A DNA stretch of 64,000 nucleotides, taken from Catajapyx aquilonaris. Lineage: Eukaryota. Location: assembly GCA_000934665.2 (NCBI GenBank), contig KZ538029.1, positions 62,001-126,000 on the forward strand. Reading direction: 5' to 3'. Both the position numbers and the translations under genes were made by a program. Under the pieces are notes generated by a model. It did no database searches, was not told where the DNA came from, and was given only the letters and a program-made list of their open reading frames with translations. Below are positions 24,901 to 36,900 of the stretch, in pieces. Each line of letters starts with the position of its first letter. Position 1 is the first letter of the stretch.

Positions 24901-27900
24901 GAAGTCAATAATTAAACTCCTACATCTATAAAGCTCACATAGTAGTGCTAGACTATAGACATTAAATAATAAGTTCTGCTTTTAGCCTACTTGAAGGAAT
25001 GTACTTAACTCAAGTCCCTTTGGTTACTGTCCCTTTCTTGGACACACTAACCCGGAGTCCCCAGAGAGAGGGGCGGGTATACACTCTTGTGTGACTAGCG
25101 GACTAGGTCAACCCCTCCTCTCGGATGCTGCCTAATTTATGAGCCATCGTGAATTCAGCAGGGGTACGTCATTGCACACAGCGGCGCACAATTCACGTGC
25201 TTGCGTTACATGATAAAAGAACGGTGCTCTGTGTGGGACTGGGATTTGGCTGCTACTATATATGTGCTAATTTCACCAGTTGTATAGTTAGGATCTAAGC
25301 TGTACTTTGTCTGGATATAGTCATTGTGGTCAGTATATGGCATGTTCCGATATTATTTGGAAATGGCAAATCAATTACGATTCTGCACGTAATGCATGCG
25401 ATATAGTCAGTCCATATCGACAGGACACGGTGATCTTTGGTCAGTAATCTTATGGAGGAGGGGTCATACATTAATAATGCACATACACTTTCTCCTGATC
25501 ATGATAAATTGATGGCAGCTTGAAGACGAGTTATGCCAATAGTGGTAAGGCTGGACGACCTATTTTTAGCATAAATAAATATCAAATCAAATTCCTTAGC
25601 ACGCAGCCTTCGAAACGCGACTAGGACATAAAATACCGCTAATAAAACTGCAAAAATCCATCATTTGAATACTTGTATGCACCGCACGAGGTACACATTC
25701 CACAGGGCTCTCAGGTAAAACTTAAAATGAATACAGGCTGAAAAATCGAGACTAGACACCATGTACTATAAGGTCTGCGATAATGTAACACCCACCCTGT
25801 GTGTGTAGAAAGACCTGAATAGGCGTGATCGACCGCTTGAATGTTGAGGACTCTAACTCAGAGGCAGCATCTGAATTATAGCCACGCCATTTGTTCTCTC
25901 CGTAATTGGCTCTCCTTGCAAGCTTCCAGGAGATAAGTCCTTTAGCTGTCATGCATGCTCCTCTGGCTCGACTGTTTTCCAAAGGAAATGGGAGGACGAT
26001 CTATATGGAAACTTCTGTGTGGTGCACATGGTTTATTATGGATATATACCAGCAGGGGGAGGGCTATGGAGGTTTACGCTACAGTCCTCGCAGAATTTGA
26101 TGGCGAATCAGAGGGGCTGTTGGTTGAAAGTCTCTCGTAATCCCAATCCAATTCGGCTTGAATTTGGAGGATCCACCCTATTCAGCATGGATTTGACGTG
26201 ATTGTCCATTCCATAAAGCCTAGCGAATTAGTGATGGAGGAAAATTAGAGTAGCTGCTAAAATATCACCGTGTAATTTGGGTTGCATCATGCAAGGATGA
26301 AAAGTACCCAATTAGCTGATGTCCCAGTTTAAATTTTTTTTACCTCGCTACAACTCATATAGACCAGATCATTCATAATGTGCACTTTTCCTCATCACTA
26401 TACTGTGCGAATTTATCGCAAATTTTGGCCTGCAGTCGCCCCAAATTATGCCAAAACACCCTGCGCAGACTGTATATAGAAAAGCATGCGTCACATCAAC
26501 GCTATCAACATTGGTTTGGCGGCTACATCCCTATATACATTTTGACCACTATCCTCTCATACCGTTGACCTCCAAATAAGATGTGTAAGTGGCTGATGAG
26601 ACAGCGTTTCTGGCCTGACACGTGTACGTTCCCCTGTGACTTGGGGTTACAGAAGAAATGGTCAACACGTTGGCCCTCCGACCCACCATGTTGGTGGATA
26701 TCCCCGGATCTCCGGATCCGGGCACATCCCCTTGAAAGTTCCACGATATGGTCAGGGGCATGTCGCCCTTAGGAACCGAGCAGATGACCTGGGCCATGTC
26801 TTCTGCATTGGAAGGACCCTCAAACTCGAAAGGGATGATGCGAGGAGGCACTGGAAATGAACAGCGGACAACTTTTTTTCTTTTTGTCACCTAATATTCC
26901 TACAACCCGTCACATTCTCATGTAGTCCAGGGGGGCCATAAACTCTTGCAATCTCAGACAGCAAAAGAGGAAAGTCAACACTTACCGACAGATGAATTCT
27001 CACTGATCCTCTCACTTTCACTCACAAGATCCTTTTGCACAGCACTTCACTGCAAAACACTTCATTCACTCACGAAAATCCTTGCACCAGACACATCCTC
27101 GTCACTATATGGTAATCCCATCTTCTGCATATATCCAACTACCAAATGCGAAACTGTGGAACAAGCGACACTTCCTCCCGAGTACGACACGATTGGATAA
27201 AATCTGGATTCACATGGGCGTTCGCTACAGTTGCACCAACCGCAAAGGCAACGACGCCCGTGTGAACCCATGGGTTTGGACCAGTTGGGTGGTTGTGAGA
27301 AAAAATGGTTAAGGTGACCTGTTGACAAAATTACAGTACCGTGGACCACCAATTCGGCAGTGTAGTTGCTAGCCCCTGCTGGATTTCTAGCCAAGCATGT
27401 GTAGTTCCCTGCATGTGCAGCACTGAGCAGGTCGAAATTCAAAATGGTAGATCTCTGCCCTACTTTTATGACAGATACAGCTTCCCGGTGAGCCATCACT
27501 TGTTGGCCTTCCATCAACCAGAGAATATCAAGGGGCAAATCTCCCTCGGGTACATAGCACAACACTTGTGTGGGCTTTCCTGTCGTCATGTTACTCTCAA
27601 ATGCGAAAGGTATCACCTTGGGCAAAACTGTAACGGAATTAAAAAGCGATCGTATGTTTTTAAAGGGGTTTGGATTCGGTTGAGGTCAAAGGTCAGGGAG
27701 GGACGCAACTCCTGTAATTTCTCGTAATACCGTGAACTATTAGTTCGGCTGTGAAATTGTCGGCTCCTGCTGAATTTCTGGCCAGACACGTGTAGTTGCC
27801 AGTGTGGGCAGCGTTAAGTGTGTCAATGCTCAAGATGCTCGACCTTTGACCCACTGTGGTCACCGTGACTTCCTGACGATACACCCTAACCTGCTGTCCC

Positions 27901-30900
27901 TCCACCAGCCACAGAATGTCGATTGGAAGGTCGCCTCCAGCAACATAACACATGACTTGCGTGTGCATCCCAGATGTTAGGCCAGGTTCAAAGTCAAAGG
28001 GTGCTACTTTGGGTAAAACTGGAAAAATAGGGAGTAATATTTTTTATAATTATAACTTATTCATACCGTGAATAATTAATTCCGCTGTGACGTTAGATGA
28101 CCCTCCTGAATTTCGAGCAAGGCAAGTGTAGTTTCCGGAATGGGCTGCGCTCAAACTATCAAAACTGATGATGCTAGATCTCTGTCCAACCTTCATGACA
28201 GTTATTCCTTCACGATGAGCCATGACCTGCTGACCTTCAACCAGCCAGAGGATATCTAATGGCAGGTCACCTTCAGCCACATAGCACATTACTTGGGTCG
28301 GTTTTCCGGACAACAAATTGGCATCGAAGGTGAAAGGATTGACCAAGGGTAAAACTGGAAGGAATAGCAGCAGCTTTTCAATGTTTTAAAACACGTGGGA
28401 AAATCAGTAGGCTTTACGCGTCACTGCCTATTCCTGCCAAATTCATGTAATTATTGTTTGAAATTACTGGAACTGTGTGGAGAAACCTGTGGTGTTAAAC
28501 ATTCAATTTTCTGAATGTGTCATACCCTGTACTATCAGTTGAGACGTGTAATTCCCTGCCCCTGCAGCATTTCGAGCCAAGCACGTGTAGTTTCCAGCAT
28601 GAGCAGCAGAGAGACTCTCAATGTTCAAGATGCTGGATCTTTGACCGACTTTGATTACTGTCACGCCTTCACGATGGGCCTGAACTTGTTCGCCTTCCAC
28701 CAACCACAGAATTTCCATTGGAAGTTCCCCTTCAGGTACGAAGCAAGCCACTTGGGCTGGCTTTCCAGCCAGGATGTCATGCTCGAAACTGAACGGGTTG
28801 ACTTTTGGAAGTACTAAAAAAATGGCAAAATTGGAGTGTGTATATAGGGTACAGAGTGGGATATGCGGGAAAAAAAAGGTTAGAACATAATAGTTTTTTC
28901 TGAAGGGTCTGACCCTGAACAACTAATTCAGCAGTGTAGTTGCTGCTTCCAGCCCCGTTTCTTGCAAGACACGTGTAGTTTCCAGCATGGGCAGCACTCA
29001 GAGTCTCAATGACTAATAAGCTTATTCTCTGTCCCATTTTGTTGACCAATATTCCTTCTCTGTGGGCTTTGACTTGCTCGCCTTCCATCAGCCAGGTAAT
29101 GTCCATTGGCAGGTCACCCTCAGACACAAAGCAAGTGGCCTGAGCAGGTTTGCCTGCTTGCATGTCGTTATCAAACGCGAAAGGAGCAACTTTTGGAAGT
29201 TCTGCAACGACATTTTGCTACACTGATGAATTAATGCAAATATTGTGGAGGGGTCTGGAGAATTCTTGCAGATTACACTTTAGCTATAAAAAATGCCTAA
29301 GTTACAATACCCTGAACTATTAGCTCGGCTGTGAAATTAGCGGATCCGCCTGGATTACGGGCCAAACATGTGTAATTTCCAGCATGTGCAGCCTGCAAAT
29401 TCTCAATCAGCAGCATACTGACTCTCTGGCCCATTTTAGTGACTGTAATTCCTTCTCGATGAGCCACCACCTGTTGTCCCTCGACCAACCAGGTAATGTC
29501 CAAAGGCAAGTCTCCTTCTGAGACGAAGCAGGTGACTTGTGTTGGTTTACCGGCTAACACGTCGTTCTCAAAGCTGAATGGACTTACTTTAGGCAGCACT
29601 GGAATGAACATATCCCGTATTTTGTTAAGCTACAATGTTTTTTCTTCGAAAAAAAAGGCGCTACCTGGAAGTTTGGAGAAACTAGGTTCGTTTTTTGGGA
29701 GTAGCTCGTGACTATTTAATCACATTCATCCTACCCTGAACCACCAGTTCAGCAGTGTAGTTATTAGCACCAGCAGCATTACGAGCCAAGCATGTGTAAT
29801 TTCCAGCATGAGCTGCTTGCAAATCCTCGATCACAAGCATGCTAATTCTATTGCCCAATTTTGTGACGGTGACGCTCTGCCGATGCGCCATGACCTGTTG
29901 GCCCTCCACTAACCAAGTGATGTCCATTGGAAGGTCACCGTGAGGAACGAAGCAAGTGACCTGAGCAGGTGATCCGGACATCATGTTCTCGTCGAAACTA
30001 AACGGAGCTACTTGCGGGAACACTATACGGGAAGAAATATTTTGGGGGTGTAACACGGTAATAGGCGAGGTCAGGTCCAGTTGGGGTTAGTGGCAGAAGT
30101 GATAAGGAATATCCTATAGCCAGAGTACTGATTAATGACTACCATGGACAATCAACTCTGTGGTGTAGTTGCTTGCGCCAACAGCATTCCTTGCAAGACA
30201 AGTGTAGTTTCCACTATGAGCTGCTTTCAAGCCCTCGATATTGAGGATAGTTGACCTCTGCCCGACTTTTATGACGCTGATGCCCTCCCTGTGGGCCATA
30301 ACCTGCTGACCCTCCATCAACCACAGGATGTCCAGAGGGAAGTCACCCTTAGGCACGAAACATGTAACTTGTGCTGGAGAACCTTCCAGCAGTTCTTCTT
30401 CAAACGCGAATGGCAATACCTGCGGCAAGACTGAAGAATCGCGTTTTAAGTAAACTTTATAGCTATGCTTATGTACAATCCGGCCTGCTCTTAAAAGTCC
30501 ATGAGGGGTTTGAAGTCTCACTTTACGAGTACAGTACCGTGCACAATTAATTCGGCGGTGTAATTGCTGGACCCTCCTGAGTTCCTGGCCAGACACGTAT
30601 AATTTCCGGAGTGGGCTGCATTGATATTGTCAATGTTCAGGATGCTGGATCTGAGACCGACTTTGATGACGGTTATTCCTTCGCGATGAGCCTTCACTTG
30701 CTGGCCCTCCACTAACCAAGTGATGTCCATGGGAAGTTCACCCTCAGGGACGAAGCAAGTCACTTGAGCTGGCTTTCCGGCCAAGATGTCGCGCTCGAAT
30801 ATGAACGGGTTGACTTTTGGCAGCTCTACAAAGAGGCGTATCGCGTGAGTATGACTTTGTATTGAATTGAGTTGACGCGTGTGGCAAAAACATCAGCCAG

Positions 30901-33900
30901 ATTGTATCGTGATGCATGTAACTGAAAGCCCAAGAGAAGCCTGGAGAATGTGGACTGTTTACACCGACTAATTTTGGAAGGAAGGTTTTAAGGGACACGG
31001 TTAAAAATAAGAATCGGTTGAGATATACCCTGCACAACTAGCTCAGCTGTAAAATTCGACGCTCCACCAGGATTTCGGGCCAAACAAGTATAGTTTCCAG
31101 CATGAGCAGCTTGTAAGCTGTCGATCATAAGGAAGCTGGCTCTCTGGCCCATCTTGGTGACTGTAATCCCCTCGCGATGGGCCATCACCTGCTGACCTTC
31201 GACCAACCAGGTGATGTCCAAGGGCAAGTCTCCCTCAGGTGCAAAGCAAGTTACTTGCGTCGGTTTACCAGAAAGGACATCATTCTCAAAGCTGAATGGA
31301 TTAACTCTAGGAAGAACTGTAATTAAATTGTATACGGTTTCTCAGTGAAGTTTGGAGAAACTGGGGGTCTGCCTACTGGATAAACTAACTGATGTACCCT
31401 GAACCACTAGTTCCGCAGTGTAGTTATTAGCTCCCGCAGCATTTCGAGCCAAACATGTGTAGTTCCCTGCATGAGCTGCCTGCAGGTTCTCTATCAGAAG
31501 CATACTGACTCGCTGGCCCATTTTGGTGACAGTGACGCTCTGCCGATGAGCCATCACTTGCTGGCCTTCCACTAACCAAGTGATATCCATAGGGAGGTCC
31601 CCTTGTGGCACGAAGCAAGTCACCTGCGCAGGCTCTCCCGACATCATATTTTCGTCAAAATTAAATGGAGCTACTTGCGGAAAAACTGCAGGAACGAAAT
31701 GGCCATAAGTGCTTGTGTCGTACAACCGGATGCCTATACACGGTCCAGAGGAGCTTGGATTGCTACAGGATTGTATCGGGATTAATTGTTGCGTTGTTGT
31801 TTTTTCGTTATCTACCCTGAACGATCAACTCTGCAGTGTAATTGCTGGCTCCCACAGGGTTCCTTGCAAGACATGTGTAGTTTCCGGTGTGAGCTGCCTT
31901 CAGGGCGTCGAAGTTAAGTATGCTCGATCTTTGCCCAACTTTAAGGACACTGATGCCTTCGCGATGTGCCATGACCTGCTGGCCCTCCATCAGCCATAGG
32001 ATATCGAGAGGGAAGTCTCCTTTCGCCACAAAGCAATTCGCTTGAGCTGGAGCACCCTCCTGTAGTTCTTCGTCAAACGAAAATGGCGACACCTGGGGTA
32101 AGACTGAAATTTTTGCGAATTTAATCTACGTTCTCTATCATGGGCATTGGCGAATCCCCATGTTTATTAGCTAGATTCTCATAAGATACCCAATACGCAT
32201 CAATGCTGCGCAGCTAGATTTGGAAATAAGGAAAGTAATTCCAATACTAGCTGCGCAACCATACTGCGCAGCTAGTCCGTATTTCCAAGTCTAGCTGCGC
32301 AGCATGGATGCGCACTGGGTTTATATTATCAGAATCGAGCTAATATGAGCCTGATACTCGTACAAATGACATTCGAAAGTCCAAGAGGGGGGCAAGGATG
32401 TGAGATGAAACGAGGCTGATGGACCCTACTTTTGTTTTACCGTGAACTATCAATTCTGCAGTGTAATTGCTCGATCCTCCTGGATTTCTGGCCAGACACG
32501 TGTAATTCCCAGCGTGGGCCGCTTTTAGGTTGTCAATGTTGAGGATGCTGGATCTCTGCCCCAGTTTTGTCACGGACAACCCCTCCCGATGGGCCATGAC
32601 CTGCTGGCCTTCCACCAGCCAGGTCACATCCAAGGGCATGTCACCCTTGGGCACGAAACATTGCACTTGAACCGGGGAGCCTGGCAGCAGTTCCTCCTCG
32701 AAGGCAAATGGCAACACCTGAGGCAGCACTGCAAAGCGTGTCTTTTGAGAGGAGGAGAACTAGTCCAAGGATTTGTTTTTGCAAAAAAGGGTTTTTATAC
32801 TGGTTTGACTTTTTCTATGGACCCTGTACCGTGCACCACAAGTTCTGCAGTCCTATTATCTGATCCCCCTGCGTTTCGAGCCAGACACGTGTAGTTTCCG
32901 GCATGTGCGGCGTTCAGAATGTCGATGCTAAGGATGCTCGACCTCTGACCCAGCTTAGTGACTGTGATGCCCTGGCGGTGGGCTATGACCTGCTGACCCT
33001 CTACCAACCAGGTTATGTCCATGGGCAGGTCGCCCTTGGGCACAAAGCATGTCACTTGAGCGGGTGCTCCGGACATCATGTCTTCGTCGAAAGAAAACGG
33101 TGCCACTTGTGGCAATACTAGAACAGGGCATGTCACTCGCCTTTGGGGTCTTACAAGCTATCGGTTGCTGAAAGTAACCTGTGTTAGCGAGCGAGCAAGA
33201 AGCACATGAATTTACATAATTATGTGACACATGCTGTGCGCACATACTTGCATTTATATGCACTTTTTAAATTAAATTATGCAGTGCTTCTTGCTGCTCA
33301 TACATTTCTTACACAAACATTAGAGCACTCAATCTAACTTTTTAGCTACTGAGCACAAGTTACTTTTCACTTATGTACTGTACACTATCAGTAAAAAATT
33401 CGTTTCGGATATACCTATCCTGTCTCTCTTTGCAACCATCGTCACTTTTTTCTTATTCTTTTCTTTAGATGAATGGTTACATAAATCAGAGTCCGACATA
33501 CGGTACAGTGCAGGATATTAATTACATACGAATTGCAAAATTACGTCGAGTGTGGGTCGTTTACAAGGGTCCGCATATGTGTCTTCAGATCTCGTACAGT
33601 ACATTACATACGTGTAGATTGAGTGCTCTAAAGTATGTAAGTACATAATCGCTTTTCAAAATGTCATTAGGTTAACTTTCCTCACCGGTTTTTCAGAATA
33701 TAGCGCAAGTAATGTTCTGCTTTATTTATTATTCATCCATGAACGAGTTTTGAAAAATGCAGAAATTATGATTACACCAATTAGGCCTTGTTGTATATGC
33801 ACTTTTTGGGGGGTCTAAAATCATTGTTTTGAACTATAATGAAATGTTCGTTACAAAAACTTGTCACTCTTTAATACTGTTCTGAAAGTTCAATTATGAA

Positions 33901-36900
33901 AGGAATTTGCCACATTCTTAAATTACTCTTTTAATTACAGAACATGCTACTGGTGCAGTTAAAGGAGCTTCGCTAACCGTGGTAAGTCTACCTACAGTTA
34001 TTTTATTACATCCGTAATTAAACTAGCAAAACCTATTGTTGCAATCATAATTTTAAGTAACTCCGGTGAGACAAGTTTCGTTGCAGTTTCCGATACCAAA
34101 CACGATTTTGTACTCACCCATGACTTGAACTTCAAGATTTCCACGCGACGCGTATCCTTGAGCGTTTCCAGCAACGCACGTGTACGTCCCTTGATCCGAG
34201 TTCCGTTGCACATTCTCAATGATCAGAGTACCGTTAGGAAACACCTTCTGTCGTCGGTTGATCGGCAGCACGCGTCCCTCTGTCAGACGTTAGAAAGTAT
34301 ATTTTACCGCCTGCAGAAACATGCTTATCGAATTGTCGCGTGTGTGTATATGAGAAAAATAGAGCTTACCTCTCTCCCAGTTGATCGTTTCAATCGGATA
34401 TCCGGCAACGGGGCATGTGACGGTCAGGGTGTCGCCTGCGACAACGGCCATTTTGTCCATAGCTCGAATGAAGGGCAGGCCATACACGTTCAGACGAGCG
34501 GCGTGTTGGGTGGATCCTACTTTCGAAGCAGCGGTGCATGTGTACAGACCTCCGTCGTTGGTATGCACTGATGAGATGTTCAGGTGGGACACAACCTCGC
34601 CATTGACTGTCACATACTGCCCAACCTGGAGTCTACGCGAAGAAGCAATACAAATGACGTACCGACAAAGTGATGTATATACTGTTGCATCAGAGCAATC
34701 AAAGCTGATGGCTTTTAGATAGGCTAGTCGCGATGCCTTCAATTTGAAGATTGGAGGACGACACTTGCCTGTCATTGTTGCCAAGCTTCTTCCCATCCAG
34801 TTCCCATGTAATCTCAGGAGTCGGGTTACCAGTGGCCGTACACTTCAGGAACAGGGATGGTCCAGGCTGCAGAGTCTTCTCCCGGAAAGTGTAGGTGAAC
34901 TGCGGTGGTTCGACTACCAAGGACCGAATAATTATAAACCACTGATAGGCAAAGTTACACGGTCACGAGTAAGCCTGATTACTCGTGACTCCTAACCCAC
35001 TGACACTTACATCGGCCTCCAAGTTTGAGTTCAGCAGTTGCCTGAGCGCTTTCTTGCTCGTTACGCACAAAGCATTGGTACATCCCTCGGTCTTCCTTTC
35101 GAACCGTGTCGATTCTCAAGGTGGGCTCGTTGTGAGCAAGGGGTTTCCCATCCTTGATCCAGCTCACAGACAGGATTGGATTACCCTGTGTCTTGCAGGT
35201 GAAGGTCGTGGTGCGTCCGAAGTCTACAGTTTGAGTCGGTGGCTCGATTGCAGCAGCAAGAGGAGCTGTTGATATGTTTTGGGATTGGCGGACATGACAC
35301 TTTAGGGCCAAAAAAAATTTTGCTCACCTGTGACTGTGAGGACTGTCTCGACGCTCTCACCGCCGACGGAGTTGTTGACGACGCAGAGGTACTTTCCGGA
35401 GTCTTCAACCTTGGCTTCCCGGATGATCAGGGTTCCAGACACCTGTCGGACTCGGTCGTTCAGCTCTACGGGCTTCTTACGGGTTGTTCCGTCGATGAAC
35501 TTGTACCATCTGTGGAAGATAAAAATCGGGGGGAGGGAGAGGGGAAGTCAGGGGCCCAGGATTGAAAGGAAGGGCAGCAGCAGCCAAGCTACACCATCCT
35601 TCCGGTACACAAAATCAATTACCGATACAAAGGCAAAGGGTATCCCTGAACCGGACAGAGACCAACCAATGCGTCTCCGACTAAACCGTTCTTCAGTTCT
35701 ATCGTTTTGCTTGTAACTCGAGGTCGCACTGCCCCATTTGGCTCTAATATGGATGGGGGGATGAATAAGTGAAAGGGGGGGGAGATATTATTCAACATAT
35801 CTTCCGGGGATTGCAACTTATTGAGTTTAAGGATGTTGCACTGTGCGGCAATTGACCTTTATGAAGTGTGTCGAGGGCTGGATCGTATTATGATGGGGAC
35901 GGAAATTTGCAATTGAAATGGCGCGGATACTTTGATTTGTTGACACCCTGTCGTGTGAGGATGGGTCGGGTGTATAATCAGCATGACTTTACAGCAGGGT
36001 TCAACAACACATGAACCCAAAAGTGTCGAAACATTTTCACCCAGAAAAGGCCAAGTTCGGGCAATGAACAACCTCAATGAATTACTTCAGTGGCCTATGA
36101 AGATTACAAGCCAGACCATCCGGTACTCTCGACCGCACCTGATCCACCATAATTCCACGTTATCCATTTTATGGCCATATAAAAGGTGCGGAAAGTTATA
36201 CGGGGGGGCTGCACTAAAGGTAAAATGCCCTACTGGAGAATTCAGTTTTGTCACCTGCTGCTGGGGACTGGGTGGGCTTGGGCAGCGCAGGTCAAGGTGG
36301 CGGCCACGTCTGACCTCAGAGTGACCTCGGACAGTCGACTGCCGGACACCTGAGGTGGTAGTCGACCGACTGGCTCTGTGAAACGAGGTATTTGCCAGAT
36401 GGACCTGGGTTCGAGCCCCTGCCGTTTTGTTTTTTACTAAATAATCCCTGCCGCGCCTGATCGGATTTTTTTTTTGCGAATTCGGGCCGGTTGTATGAAC
36501 GCAAATTTATATTAAAAATATCGGATTATGCCAAATTGTGCATAATATGATTTTTCCCCCCACAATTTGATTTCGTACAAGCGGCACTTGAGAAGGAAGG
36601 TTTGGGATGCAAGAAACTGGCGCTTTCAACAATGGGTACAAATATGTTATTTGACATTATTATTGCAAAAAAAATATTGTGTTCACCTTAATTTTAACGG
36701 GAATTGTGCCTAATGATTTTAAATTTAAAGAACCAGTTTTGTCCTACTGATTCGGGTGTTGGTAATATCCGACTGCCACTCACAATTGTGTAATTTTTTC
36801 CCATCAGAGGAGGCTCTAAGAAAGTTAGATAATCGTTGATTAATATTACCAATTTCCGGGTTGCCAATTGTTCATTAAACTGTAATTATTAATATTGAAT

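Noticed and set aside
24700..26550. 1.9-kb exon-free gap in the Ig7 cluster, possible nested gene or transposon
   Set aside because: No recognisable ORF, termini or Ig motif by eye; needs RepeatMasker/BLASTX
27070..27210. Possible decayed exon-9 remnant (SFAFG-like peptide, gtgagt donor)
   Set aside because: Similarity too weak; no conserved Cys/Trp pattern
36407..36420. tRNA B-box-like GGTTCGAGCC (also near 42145)
   Set aside because: No A box or cloverleaf; better explained as part of exon-6 selector motifs
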